A stretch of 64,000 bases of DNA. Origin: the human T2T-CHM13v2.0 reference genome, Homo sapiens. Made by a program: the position numbers and the translations under genes. The notes under the pieces are model-generated. The model was not told the origin of the DNA. It searched no databases and saw only the letters and a program-made list of their open reading frames with translations. Below are positions 22,706 through 46,121 of the stretch, in pieces. Where the stretch lies: NCBI RefSeq assembly GCF_009914755.1, contig NC_060925.1; one strand, written 5' to 3'. Numbering within the stretch: position 1 is the stretch's first letter; every line of letters begins with the position of its first letter.

Positions 22706-22903
22706 GAATAAGCCAGTCTAATTTGTGGAATGTGCAGGGTTTGAACATCCCAATCCTGCTGAGTGAATGCTTTACTTCACAACTTTCTTCTCTCCTGAAA
22801 CCCTCTTGACTCATTTATTAGTTTTTGTAGCTTCTTTTTTTTTTTTGGAGCCCTTAGGATTTTAAAATAAACTTTATTTTTAGAATAGTTTTGTTTATTT
22901 ACC

Positions 22904-25010
<2,107 letters not shown>

Positions 25011-25063
25011 AAAAAAATGTTTAGTTCTGGTAAAAACTACATAACAAAAAATTTACATTTTAA

Positions 25064-25370
<307 letters not shown>

Positions 25371-25844
25371 CATCTTAACTATTTTTAAGTGTACAAGTCA
25401 GTAGTGTTAAATGAATTTCCATTGTTGAGTGACAGGATCTCCAGAACTTTTTCACCTTGCAAAACTGAAACTCTATTCCCATTAACCACTCCTCATTTCC
25501 TTCTTCCCCAGGCTGCGGGCAACCACCTTTCTACTTTCTGTTTCTATGAATTTGGTTACTTTAGATATTTCATATAAGTGAAATCATACTGTATTTGTCT
25601 TTTTGTGACTGGTTTATTTCACTTAGCATAGTGCCCTCAGGATTCATCCATGTTGCAGCATGTAACAGGATTTCCTTCATTTTAAAGACTGAATAACATT
25701 CCATTGTATGCATATGCCACATTTTGTTTATTCATTCATCTGTCAGTGGATATTCGGGTTACTTCCACCTCTTAGATATTGTGAATGATGCTGCCATGAA
25801 CATGGGTGTGCAAATAACTTTTTGAGATCATGCTTTCAACTCTT

Positions 25845-26149
25845 CTGTTTATTTATTTGTTTATTTTAGAGGCAGGATCTTGCTTTGTCACCTAGGCTGC
25901 CGTGCAGTGGCACCATCATAGCTCACCGTAACATCTAACTCTTGAGCTCAAGTTATCCTCCCGAGTAGCTTCCTGAGTAGCGGGAACTGCAGGCACTTAC
26001 CACTATGCTCAGCTAAATCTTTTTTCTTTTTTTTTGTGGAGATAGGCTCTTGCTATGTTGCCCAGGCTGGGTTTGAATTCCTGGCCTCAAGCAATCGTCC
26101 CTTCTGCCTTCCAAAGTGGTGGGATTACAGATGTGAGCCACCATGCCCC
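25845..26149 (-). mobile_element. Alu (AluJ-like)
   Basis: Diverged reverse Alu dimer. Confidence 0.88.
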
Positions 26150-26248
26150 ATCAATTCTTTTGGACACATACGTGGAAATGGGATTGCTGGATGATAATGG
26201 CAGTGCTATTTTTACTTTTTTGAGGAATTGCCATACTGTTTTCTATAG

Positions 26249-26656
<408 letters not shown>

Positions 26657-26777
26657 TATGTTTTTTTTTTTTTTCTTAATTAGTAGCCATTCTAATGGGT
26701 GTGAGATACTTTCAGAATTTTTAAATGAATATTTTCAATGTGAAAAAGATAGAGCTACATTTTTCTTCTTTATATCT

Positions 26778-28262
26778 TTATCAGTCTGTTCTTACATTGC
26801 TGTAAAGGAATACCTGAGACGGGGCAATTTATAAGAAAAGAGGTTTAATTGGCTCTTGGTTCTGCAGGCTGTAAAAGCCTGGCACCAGCATCTGCTTGGC
26901 TTCTAGGGAGGCCTCAGGAAACTTACAATCATGACAGAAGGCAAATGGCGAGCAGGCACATCACATGGTGAAAGCAGGAGCACGAAAGAAAGAGTCGGGT
27001 GTGGGGAGGCACTACACACTTTTAAAAGACCAAATCTCACTGTCTTGAGAGCAGCACCAAGTAGATGGCGCTAAACCATTCATGAGAAATCCACCCCCGT
27101 GATCCAGTCACCTCCTGTTAGGCCCCACCTCCATCACAGGGAATCACAATTCAACATAAGATTTGGTTTTGATTTGCATTTCTCTGATGGCCAGTGATGA
27201 TGAGCATTTTGTCATGTGTCTTTTGGCTGCATAAATGTCTTTTGAGAAGTGTCTGTTCATATCCTTTGCCCACTTTTTGATGGGGTTGTTTGTTTTTTTC
27301 TTGTAAATTTGTTTGAGTTCATTGTAGATTCTGGATATTAGCCCTTTGTCAGATGAGTAGATTGCAAAAATTTTCTCCCATTCTGTAGGTGGCCTGTTCA
27401 CTCTGATGGTAGTTTCTTTTGTTGTGCAGAAGAAGTTTAGTTTAATTAGATCCCAAATGCAAATCAAAACCACAATGAGATACCATCTCACACCAGTTAG
27501 AATGGCAATCATTAAAAAGTCAGGAAACAACAGGTGCTGGAAAGGATGCGGAGAAATAGGAACACTTTTACACTGTTGGTGGGACTGTAAACTAGTTCAA
27601 CCATTGTGTAAGTCAGTGTGGCGATTCCTCGGGGATCTAGAACTAGAAATACCATTTGACCCAGCCATCCCATTACTGGGTATATACCCAAAGGATTATA
27701 AATCATGCTGCTATAAAGACATATGCACACGTATGTTTATTGCAGCACTATTCACAATAGCAAAGACTTGGAACCAACCCAAATGTCCAACAATGATAGA
27801 CTGGATTAAGAAAATGTGGCACATATACACCATGGAATACTATGCAGCCATAAAAAAGGATGAGTTCATGTCCTTTGTAGGGACATGGATGAAGCTGGAA
27901 ACCATCATTCTCAGCAAACTATTGCAAGGACAAAAAACCAAACACCACATGTTCTCACTCATAGGTGGGAATTGAACAATGAGAACACATGGACACAGGA
28001 AGGGGAACATCACACACCGGGGCCTGTTGTGGGGTGGGGCGAGTGGGGAGGGATAGCATTAGGAGATATACCTAATGTTAAATGACGAGTTAATGGGTGC
28101 AGCACACCAACATGGCTCATGTATACATATGTAACTAACCTGCATGTTGTGCACATGTACCCTAAAACTTAAAGTATAATAATAATAATAATAAAAAGAA
28201 ATTAAAAGGCAAGAAAGCTCTTAAAAAAAAAGATTTGGGTGAGGACAAATATACAAACTATA
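26778..28262 (+). mobile_element. MaLR MST-type solo LTR interrupted by an L1
   Basis: 'cattgctgtaaaggaatacctgagac..aagaggtttaattggctc..ggcctcaggaaacttacaatcatg..caattcaacataagatttgg' resumes at 28230 as 'aagatttgggtgaggacaaatatacaaactatat'. Confidence 0.85.
27167..28229 (+). mobile_element. 5'-inverted (twin-primed) L1PA insertion
   Basis: Segment 27164-27455 is antisense L1 ORF2 and segment 27455-28200 is the sense L1 3' end. TSD aagatttgg at 27158-27166 and 28230-28238. Confidence 0.92.
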
Positions 28263-28269
28263 TAAATGT

Positions 28270-30800
28270 CATATATATTTTATTACGTTTTCTTGCCTTT
28301 CTTGCAATAGCTATAACCTCCAATGCAACATTGAATATTAAAAGAAGGGACGAAAGAAGGTATCTTATTCCCAATCTTAGGGAAGAAGCATCCCGTCTAC
28401 CTCATTACGTAGAATGCAAGCTGTGGGTCTATTAAAATGGATGTCCTGTATGAGGTTAAGGAAATTGTCTCTTATTATTACTTTGCTGAGAGTTTTTAAG
28501 AGTAATATGTGTTAAATTCTGTCAAATGCTTTTCTGCATCTATTGACATAAACGTATGGTTTTTTTTTTTCAATACTCAATGATTTTTTAAGTGCTAAAT
28601 CTAGCTTGCTTCTTGGATGAACCCCACTTGGTCATGGTGTATTACCCCTTTTATATATTATTGAAACTTATTTGATAATATTGTGGTAAGAATTTTATGT
28701 CTGTGTTCACGAACAAAATTGGTCTGTAGTTATTTTTCTTTATAACGTATTTTTCTTGTTTTGATATTAGAGTAATACTGGCCTCATAAAATGAGTAAGT
28801 CAAGTTCTCTGCCTCTATTTTCTTAAAGAGTTTGAAAGGATTGGTATTATTTCTTTCTTAAATATTTGATAGAATTTACCAGTAAAGCCATTGGAACCTG
28901 GTGTTTGCTCTGTGGGAGTTTTTAAATTATGAATTCTTTTTTAGTAGACAAAGAGCTATTCAAATATTTTATTTATTCTGATGCAATTTGGTAATTTGTA
29001 TTGTTGAATTTATTGGCATATGGTTGTTTGTAACATTTCCTTATTATTCTTTTTTTTGAGACAGGGTCTCATTCTGTCACCCAGGCTGGAGTGCAGTGGC
29101 GTGATCTCAGCTTACTATAGCCTCTACCACCTGGGCTCAAGCCATCCTCCCACTTCAGCCTCCCAAGTAGCTGGGACCACAAGCATGCAGCACCATGCCT
29201 GGTTAATTTTTGTATGTTTTGTAGAGATGGTGTTTCCCTGTGTTGCCCAGGCTGGTTTTGAAATCCTGAGCTCAAGCAATCCTCCCACCTCAGCCTCCCA
29301 AAGTGCTGGGTTACAGGTGCCTTATTATTCTTTTAACATCTATATGATCTATAGCGATGTTCTCTGTTTAAGTCCTGACACTGGTAGTTTGTTTCCTTGC
29401 TAATTTTTTCTTGACAAGTCTAGCTAGAGATTTAACAATTTTATTGATCTTTCAAAGAATCAGTTTTTGGTTTCATTGTTTCTCTCCATTATTTGTCACC
29501 AATTTCACTGATTTCTGCTAATGTCTTTATTATTTCTTTCTTTCTATTGGCTTTGGGTTTAATTGGTCCTTTTCCCCTTCTAAGTTTCTAAGATGACAGC
29601 TTGGATCTTTGATTTTTAGATCTTTCTTCTTTTTTATGTATAAGCCTATAAGGCTTTAAAGCATTGCTTTAGGTGCCTCTTACAATTTTTCACGTTTTGT
29701 GTTTTCATTTTTATTCTGTTCAAAATATTTTCTACATTTTTCATGCTTTCTTCTTTGACCCATGTGGTTTAGAAGTGAGTTTTTAAAACTTTCAAATATT
29801 TTAAGCTTTTCCAGATATCTTGTTTTTGTTGCTTTTTAATATTTTTCTGAACTTCTCAGATAGCAGTTAAAAATTTCAACCCTTTGAAATCTGGATTTTT
29901 TAAAGATCAGCATATTTTGATCAATGTTCCATGTGCATTTGAAAAGAATGTGTATTCTACAGTTGTGTTTAATGTTCTATAAACGTCAATTAGACTAAGG
30001 TGATTGGTAGTGTTATTCAGATGTTCAGTATTCTTACTATATTTTTGTTAGTTGTATATCGATTTCCAAAAGACATGTGCTAAATTCTCCATCTATGATT
30101 TTGAATTTGTGTATTTATTTCCTTGTTTCTGAAAGTTTTGCTGCATGTAATTTGATGCTCATGAAGCACATAATCTACCCGATGCATTGATCCTCTGTTA
30201 TCATGAAGTGTTCCTCCTTGTCTCTGATAATATTCTTTATCAGTAGTTAATTTTGTCTGATAATAGTATAGCTACTCCATATTTCTTTTGCTCACTGTTT
30301 GCATGACAAATCTTTCTCTATTGTTTTTATTTTAAAGCTATTTTTGTCTTTCTATTTGAAGTTCATCTCTTGAGTATAACACATAGGCTGTCAGTCCCTG
30401 CTTTTTAAAAAATCCAGTTCATCAGTCTCTTTCTTTGATTGGAGTGGTTAGTCTAGTAATCTTTAATGTAATTATTGATGTGGTTGAATTCAGGTCTGCC
30501 ATTTTGCTATTTTTTTCTGTTCGTCTCATCTGGTTATAATATATTTCCCTATTTCTCCTTTCATGCCATCATTTGTATTAATCAAGTATTATTCAATATT
30601 TCATTTTAATGTGCAGCTGATTTATTAGTTCTCTCTCTTTGCATTACTTTTTAGTGGTTGCTTTAGGGATTACAATATGCAGTTTAACTGGTTTTAAACC
30701 TTCTTTAAGTTTATGTTAAATTATTTCAGGTAAAATATAGCAACCTTGCAACAGTATATTTCTGTTTCCCCTTTTTCATATCCTTACTATTATTGGTGAT
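28270..30800 (-). mobile_element. Ancient L1M ORF2 remnant
   Basis: T-rich, degenerate antisense ORF2 motifs such as 'gaatttaccagtaaagcca' and 'ttgaaaagaatgtgtattct'. Confidence 0.7.
29041..29320 (-). mobile_element. Alu (AluJ-like)
   Basis: Reverse Alu dimer; source of ORFs 29020..29403 and 29069..29275. Confidence 0.92.
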
Positions 30801-30900
30801 ATTTTATATATTTTATATTATATATAATATAAATATATAAATATACATAATATATTTATATAATATGTATTATATATTGTATATAAACATATATTTAATG
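30790..30900. repeat. AT-rich low-complexity (TA)n tract
   Basis: Nearly pure A/T, degenerate tatata. Confidence 0.85.
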
Positions 30901-31090
30901 AGCCCAACAATAGAGCTTGATGTTTTTCTTTAAACAGTCATATATTGTTTAATTAAATTAAGAAAATAACATTTAAAAGATATTCTGTGTATATGTGTAT
31001 ATACGTACACATATGTTTATATGCGTGTATGTATGCATCTGACGGTCTTTATTTCTTCCTGTGGGTCCACTTTTATTTGGTATCAAATTA

Positions 31091-33425
31091 AAGAAGGTTG
31101 TAGGTGTATGCATTTATTTCCGGGCTCTCTATTTTGTTCCATTGGTCTTTGTGTCTACTTTTGTACCAGTACCATGCTGTTTTGGCAACTATAGCCTTGT
31201 AGTATAGTGCACGTTTGTTACCTGGGTATATTGTGTGATGCTCAGGTTTGTGGTGTGATAGAACCTGTCACCTAGGTAGTGAACATAATAGCCAATAGGT
31301 AGTTTTTCAGCCCTTGTGTCACTCTCTCTCTATCCCCTCTAATAGTCCCCAGTGTCTATTTCTCATTTTTATGTCCTTGTGTACCCAATATTTAGCTCCC
31401 ACTTATGAGTGAGAACATGTCATATTTGGCTTTCTGTTTATGTGTTAGTTAGCTTAGGATAATGGCCTCCAGCTACATCTATGTTGCTGCAAAGGACATG
31501 ATTTTGTTCTTTTTTTATGGCTGCTTAGTATTCCATTGGGTATATGTGCCACATTTTCTTTGTCCAATCCACCATTGATGGGCATCTGCATTGATGCCAT
31601 GCTTTTGCTATTGTGAATAGCACGGTGATGAACATTGGGTGCATGTGTCCTTTTGGTAGAGCGATTTATTTTCCTTTGGGTATATACCCAGTAATAGGAT
31701 AGCTGGGTCCAATGGTAGTTCCGCTCTTAGTTCTTTGAGAAATCTCCAAACTGCTCTCCACAGTGGCTGAACTAATTTACATTCCTACCAACAGTGTATA
31801 AGTGTCCCTTTTTCTCCACAGCCTCACCAACATCTGTTATTTTTTGACTTTTTAACAAAAGCCATCTGACTGTTTGTGAGATGGTATCTCATTGTGGTTT
31901 TGATTTGCATTTCTCTGATGATCCGCGATATTGAGCTTTTTTTTTATATGCTTGTTGGCCACATGTATGTCTTCTTTAGAAAAGAAGACATACATGCCCA
32001 CTTTTTCGTGGAGTTCTTTGCTTTTTGCTTGTTGATTTGTTTAAACTCCTTATAGATTCTGGATATTAGACCTCTGTCGGATGCATGGTTTGCAAATATT
32101 TTCTCCCATTCTGCAGGTTGTCTGTTTACTCTCTTGATAGTTTCTCTTGCTGCGCAGAAGCTCTTTAGTTTGCTTAGGTCCTACTTATCAATTTTTGTTT
32201 TTGTCACAATCGCTTTTGGGGACTTAGCCATAAATTCTTTGCCAGGGCTGAAATGGAGAAGGTTATTGTCTAGGTTTTCTTCTAGAATTGTTATAGTTTG
32301 AGGTCTTACATTTAAGTCTTTAATCCATCTTGAGTTATTTTTTGTATTAAAGGGCCCAGTTTCATTCTTCAGCATATAGATAGCCAGTTATCCCAGCACA
32401 ATTTAATGGATACAGAGTCTTTTTCCCCATTGCTTATTTTGTCAAGCTTGTTGAAGACCAGAAGGTTGCAGGTGTATGGCTTTATTTCTGGGCTCTCTAT
32501 TCTGTTCCATTGGTATATGTGTTTATTTTGTACCAGTACCATGCTATTTTGGCTACTGTAGACTTGTAGTGTAGTTTGAAGTGGGTAATGTGATGCCTCT
32601 GGCTTTGTTCTTTTTGCTTAGGATTGCTTTGATTATTCAGGCTCTTTTTTTCCTAGTTCTGTGAAAAAGGACATTGCTGGCTTGATAGGAATAGCACTGA
32701 ATCTGTAGATTGCTTTGGGAAGTACGGTCATTTTAACAATTTTGATGCTACCAATTCATGAGCATGAAATGTTTTCCCATTTGTTTGTGTTATCTCTGAT
32801 TTCTTTCAGCAGCATTTCGTAGTTCTCCTTGTAGAGACCTTTCACCTAGTTTGTTAGATATATTCCTAGGTATTTTATTTTTGTAGCTATGGTGTAGGGA
32901 TCGTGTTCTTGATTTGGCTCTCAGCTTGGATGTACTGGTATATAGCAATGCTACTGATTTTTGCACATTGATTTGGTATCCCAAATCTTTACTGAAGTCA
33001 TTTATCAGTTCCAGGGGCCTTTTGGCAGAGACTTTAGGGTTTTTTAGGTATAGAATCATATCATCCATGAAGAGAGATAGTTTGACCTCTTTTCCTATTT
33101 TGATGCCTTTTATTTGTTTCTGTTGCCTGATTGTTCTGGCTAGGACTTCCAGTGCTATGTTGAGTAAGAGTGGTGAGAGTGGGCATCCTTGTCTTGTTCC
33201 AGTTCTCAAGGGGAATGCTTCTCACTTTTGCCCATTCAGTATGATGTTGGCTGTGGGTTTGTCATAGATGGCTCTTATTAATTTGAGATATGTTTCTTCA
33301 ATGTCTAGTTTGTTGAGGGTTTTTTTTTTATCATGAAGAGATGTTAGATTTTATCAAAAGCATTTTCTGCCTTTACTGAGATGATTATATGTTTTTTAAA
33401 AATTCTGTTTATATGGTGAACTACA
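31091..33425 (-). mobile_element. Older L1 (L1PB / old L1PA) 3' portion
   Basis: ORF 32790..33209 carries RT motifs ([15 protein letters not shown]); 3'UTR at about 31210-31420. Confidence 0.9.
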
Positions 33426-34355
33426 CATAATGACTATCACTGATAATATTTTGTTTTTATTTCATCTATTTTATCTAATACTAATATAGTTACTCTGATT
33501 CCATAAGCATTTTTCTGGCATATATTTACCATCTTTTTACTTTCAATAATTTCATGGTCTTATGTTTTAGTAATGTCTAGAATTTTCAAAAATCCAATTT
33601 CACAACCTCTGCATCTTAATTTGTGAGTTCTTCTATCCATTGATTATCTTCTACTCATTAATTATTGATGTATTTGCATATGTTTCTACTATTTTACTTT
33701 GTGCTTCCTTTTCTATGCTTCTTTTTTCCCTTCTTTTTCAGAGTATGTATTGCCTTTTTTTTGGCTCTTTATATCCTATTTTTTCTTATTCTGTATTTTC
33801 CTCTACAGATTTCAAATTTATACATTTTATTTCTATTCTTTAGTTACTATGTTTGAAAATTTTATTTTTCATGCTTGATAAAGTCTAAAGTTATTTGGTA
33901 TTTTAACCACACCCCCATCCCCCACCCTACAACCTCAAAAGATGCATGGACTTTAGCACAGTTTAATTCCAGTCACTCACTCCTGGATTCATAATGATTC
34001 CTCTTGGCTCTCTTGTGATGCTTCTTGGCTCTCTTAACGATTCTGTGTTTTCCACCGCAGATATATGGGAATTTCTGTATCTCTGTTAATGCACACACCA
34101 GCATGGGGGATTAGGTTGTTCTATCTGGACCCCCTCTCTGCTAAAATATTTCCTAGCTACATTACTCCATGTTGAGCAAGAGTTCCCTATGGTATGGTGT
34201 CCTCTAAATATTCCAAATGGGAATTAATATATGAGGCTTTTCTGTATTCAGAATTCCTCTTAAGTGTCTAGGCTTTCTAATACACTGTCATCAATTTATC
34301 CATTCTCTACAGGGTATAATGAGAGTCTATGGGACTCAGAAGGTGGCAGATATTT

Positions 34356-34361
34356 TTTATT
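34356..34361 (-). terminator. CYP4Z2P: Probable CYP4Z2P polyadenylation signal (AATAAA on -)
   Basis: tttatt on +, about 365 nt past the exon 12 stop codon. Confidence 0.6.
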
Positions 34362-34726
34362 ATGGGAAAGATAACTGAGAATAAAGCTATCATGCAGATA
34401 TTTGCAGAGATAAAAGTAATGCAGATATTGACTGGAGCCTTGATCAAACTATGCTTGAAAGCCACTCTACCACTAGTTACACGAGCCAATAATTTCCCTT
34501 CGCAGTGGAAGTCAGCTTGAGTTTTTTCAGGTGTTTCTGTGGGTTTCACCAGATCCAGCAAGGAAATTAGAATTACTGTTAATGGATGTTAAAACCAGTC
34601 AGAAGTATCCAAAGTTATATAATTTGTTAAACAACCATATAGATATATTTTGTATTATATTTATCCTTCCATTATTCCTTTGGTAGGAAAATTATCTCAT
34701 TAATTCTTATATGAAAGGACTTAAAA

Positions 34727-34895
34727 TTAGCAAACTTTTTTTGCAAACACATGGATTCCATTCTTGGACTTGAGGAGCATTTGACGAACAGGCTGGGGAG
34801 GCCTTGAGTAGTCTGGAGCCAGCTCGAAGCAGAGCAGAGTTAATGCCACTGCCACTTTACACCCAATTATGGCAAAATGCTGCCCAATGCAGTTC
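34727..34895 (-). pseudogene. CYP4Z2P: CYP4Z2P exon 12 coding-homologous part ([55 protein letters not shown])
   Basis: ccccag|G AAC TGC on -; heme Cys retained; C-terminus matches CYP4Z1 as recalled; TAA at 34727-34729. Confidence 0.92.
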
Positions 34896-35022
34896 CTGGG
34901 GATACCCAGAAAGAAAAAATGGCATCTCATGAATTTATATATGGTTAGGAACATAAGCCAGTCTTTTTATATATGACAACTTTTGTAGGGAAACAAGATC
35001 CATTTTTTTTTCTGTCATCCAT

Positions 35023-35193
35023 GCTGGATTACAGGGTCGTGCCATGATGCCCAGCTAATATTTTTGTATTTTTGGTAGAGACAGGGTTTTACCATGTTGG
35101 CCAGGCTGGTCTCGAACTCCTGATCTCAAGTAATCTGCCTACCTTGGCCTCCCAAAGTGCTGGGATTACAGGTAAGAGCCACCACTCCCAGCC
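35023..35193 (-). mobile_element. Partial Alu (left arm)
   Basis: 'tttttgtattttt..gccaggctggtctcgaactcctga..caaagtgctgggattacagg'. Confidence 0.88.
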
Positions 35194-35927
35194 AAGATCC
35201 ATGTTTTAAACAAATTCCAATGTGGCAGAATCCAGCAAATGTCTTATTTTAAGTTAAGTAAGCCCCGATCAGAAAGTCCATTAATGTCAAGACCTGCAAA
35301 CTGTGTCTCTATTATTTTTGGGCCCATCTTACAAGTAAGTGGTAGTGAGTTCTATCAACATTTGATTCTGCAGGGTCCACGTAACTTGAAAACCTTCCTT
35401 ATATCATGATAAGGAAAAGCTACTTCTTACTATTATTTAGAGGCTGTGCAGTTGAAGCCTTAGGCATAAGAACAATAACCTGGCATACTCAGTGGATTGT
35501 GTTGTCATTTGGTAAATCGGGTGTCTCTCATACCAAACCAAAGGGAAACTTGGACTTCAGAACAACATTGCTCTCTGTAGGAACAAGAGCTGGAGGTGCC
35601 AATGTTGCCTTGTTCCTATAACAAGGTGGCATTCCCAACGCTTGTCCATTGCAAGTTTAAGTGTAGTCTTTGGGCCTGTCATGAGGATGGCCTTCATCAA
35701 TTCACGCCCATATGCCAAGGACCAGAGTTGTTCTTTGTAACATTAACCAGTCCCTTTGGGGGCTCAAAAGGGTACCATCTGAGTGCACTGGTCACAAGAG
35801 AAGACAAGTCAGGTAAAATGATGGGGAGCAACAGCAGTGTCAGCTAACTGAAGGCCTGAAGGGAAGAAGCACTTGTCAGGTAAGCACTATTACACATTTC
35901 CATCAAGTTCACCAGCTTGAGTCTTTA

Positions 35928-36086
<159 letters not shown>

Positions 36087-37060
36087 CTAGATATTGTTAA
36101 CAGAATTCCAAAGCTAACTTTAGGAACTTACAATATCTGGATACTACAAGTCCTGCTTGATGTTCCCCAAAAGCCTACCACTGAAAATATATCCCAAGAA
36201 AGCAGAGGCTATATAACCTAGTGATAGATTAAACAGGCCCCGATAGTAAGAAGCAGCCCCAAATCATCCAGACAATCTGACTTGAGCAAATAGTGACTTC
36301 ATTATTTTCCCTTCACAGTAAACCCGTGCCTCTGTCATATAAAAACGGGCAAATAATCAAATTATTATCTTTTCTATTTGTCTTGGTTTCCAAATGGACT
36401 GAGCCAGTGACTTGGGCAAAGAAGAAAGGGGTGGCAATTCACAAGCTGAAGTCACAAGCTGAAGTTGTTCAGCTTCTGCCCGAGCGTCTCTGTGAGAGGC
36501 TGCCGATTAGTATCTCCTGGGCTGTGGGGTTGGTCTGAGCGCTGGTTTGCAGCCCAGGAGTGTGCTTGTTCTCTCCCAGGCCCCCTCTCCCTTTCACTCT
36601 CAGGTTAGCACTGAGTGTGAAGGAGAGTGATATTCCTAGAGACTAACTTCAAATATGCTCAAATCTTAAAAAAAGCAAAGAGTTCATAATCTTGCTACTT
36701 TAATTATGACCAGTAACAAGTGATTTGCAATACACTTCACAAGTCTGTGACTAGATTGACTACAGACATGAACAAAAGCAGAGAGCAAGGTGGTTAAACA
36801 GTGCAGTGTCAGTTGACTAATCACACCCCTCTACTTCCCAGGGGATGGTATGCTTCTCTTGACAAGGCATCGTCATGGAACACTGGTGATGATTATAAAT
36901 GCAAATGTATTTTTCTCTTAAAAGCATAGGGATTTTGTTCTGTTTTGTTCTTTTCTAAATGACGGATGGTTATCCTAACTGCCCCCTCAACTGTGAAGAT
37001 GCTTCTTTTCCCTCTTGGTGCTATCTTAGATGCCACTGGGTGCAGTTGGGACAATCATAC

Positions 37061-37125
37061 CTGAGGGTTTTCCCAGAAATAGGGGTTGTGGTGAAGAGCC
37101 CAAATATTGATAAACACAGTTATTC
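37061..37125 (-). pseudogene. CYP4Z2P: CYP4Z2P exon 10 (GITVFINIWALHHNPYFWENPQ)
   Basis: actcag|GA...CAG|gtatga on -; 65 bp, the same length as CYP4B1 exon 10. Confidence 0.93.
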
Positions 37126-37527
37126 CTGAGTAAACAGAATAAAAAGCAGATAAGTGCATGAGCAAAGATTCCTTCACATCTATTCATAGATTTCATAACC
37201 AAGGAAAGAATTCTACAATCATAATATCCTCAACCATTTAAGAAGCATCTATTATGATGACACTTAAATGGGTGCTGTGGAGATCAGTGAGATCTATTCT
37301 AGCCTTGAAGGAGCTCACAGTCCATTGGAAGAGACAAGCAATTGCAACACATGGTAATAAGTCAGAAGGAAGCCTGGGATGCTTGGGGAATTGAGTGGGG
37401 GGAACCTCATGTATAGAGCCTTTGGATGTATGCAGGAGAAAAGGCCCAGGAGAGGCATGCTGAGCTGAGTATCATGAAATCAGTTGGGGAAAACCAGGTA
37501 AAGAAAAGAAGATTTGAAGGAGACCCT

Positions 37528-44056
<6,529 letters not shown>

Positions 44057-45828
44057 GGAAAACAAGATTCAGAAAGGAATTTGAGGCAGATAAAAAAGCA
44101 TGAAGCCAAGCTTTAATACTTGAGAAAGCATTACAAATTTGGGTGACTGGGTGGTTGTATAACAGGATTCAGGGAGCAAAGTGTCCTTAGTTGAGCCTGG
44201 GGAGGTTGGCTGGGCTTGTACCCTAAAATGGCAAAGAGGTCATGCTAAGGATTTTAGGTTTAAACCAATATGGATCACCAAGAAATTTAAGCAGAGAGTG
44301 AGAGTATTATATTTTAGGTTTTGTTTTTGTTTTACCTTTTCTAGTCAGCTACTTGGGAGATTTTATTATACTTTGGAGCCATAGAACAATATGGGATATA
44401 GTGCCAATATGGCACTGAAGTAATAGTTTATCATGTTATGGAATATCCATTGATCAGGGTGGAGATGATATGGGTTTCTCATGAAATCTATACATATAAT
44501 AAATTATATTAATGGATTCCTAATATTGAACAATCTTTGCAGTTTTGGAATATGACCTACTTACTTGGCCATGATACACTATTTTATTTTGTCTTTTTGT
44601 AGAGATGGGGTCTTGTTGTGTTGCCCAGACTCAAGCAATCCTCCCACCTTGGCCTCACAAAGTGTTTGGATTACAGGCATGAGTCACCTGCCCAGCCAAT
44701 ATATTTATTTTGATGAGCTATTGGATTATGTTTACTAATATTTTATTTAAAATTTTTGTATTTATATACATTAGTGATTTTTATCTAAAGATACTTTTGT
44801 GCAATTTTTAGTAGGTTTGTTATCAGTGTGATACTTCCTTAAATAACTTTCTAAGTTTTTATTTTTCTATGCTCTGGACAACTTATTACTGGGATTATTT
44901 GGTCTTTAAAGGTTTGAAAAAGTTTCTGAAAAACTGCATGGGCCTGGTTCCTTTTCAGGGGCTCTACAATTTTTCTCTAGTCCTGTGAAAATTGGCATGC
45001 TTAGACTATTTATCTCTACCAGTATCAATTTTAGTAAATTATGTATTATACAATTATCTAGTTTTTTTCCTGGTTTTTCAAGTCTCTGTGCATACACTTG
45101 TGTAATATTAGTTCGTGGTGTGTCTCTTTGTTGACCAGCCCCTCCCCCACTGGCTATTGTGTTTTTTGACTAGTTTTGCAACCGTTCTGCTTTCCATACC
45201 ATTACCTTTTGCTTTCGCCTTTGTTAATTCACCTGTTTCCTTTTAGTTTACTCTTTTATTCTTTCCCCAACTGATTTATTTCCAGTTGTTTTCGACATCA
45301 GTGTTTAATTTAATTCTTTTATTAATAAAAATATTTCGCATTTACTATTATAGCTTCTCTTCTGAATGCTGCTTTAGTGGCAGACCATTAATTCTCATAT
45401 GTAGAGTTTTCAGGGTCATGATTTGATTTTGTAATTTTGCTTTAGCCCAAGAGTTTTTAATGGATAAAACAAAAAACTCCAGATGAATGAAACTTTTTGA
45501 AAAATTTTTGTTGCTAATTTCCATTTTTATTGTCTTCATTTAAAGAATGCTATTTTGTAATGTTTCTCTTTTAGTAACTTTTTAAATTGTGGTCTAGTAT
45601 ACCGTCAACTTTAAGGAATGTTGCTGGTGTACTTAAAAGGAAAGTTCTCTATTAGTGGGGAAAAAGTTTAATATTGTACGCATAAAGTCTATCTTATTAA
45701 TTATATTGTTTAGATAGTCTGTGTACTTTGATTTGTGTACGTCTTTGAAAGGCAGTTAAAATCTATTAGTAGGGTGCCTCTGTCTGTTTTCCTTTTCATT
45801 TCCTATAGTTTGCTTTAAAAAATTGCAG

Positions 45829-46121
<293 letters not shown>

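Noticed and set aside
27406-27975. 189-aa ORF crossing the L1 inversion junction
   Set aside because: A chance in-frame fusion of antisense and sense L1 ORF2 pieces.
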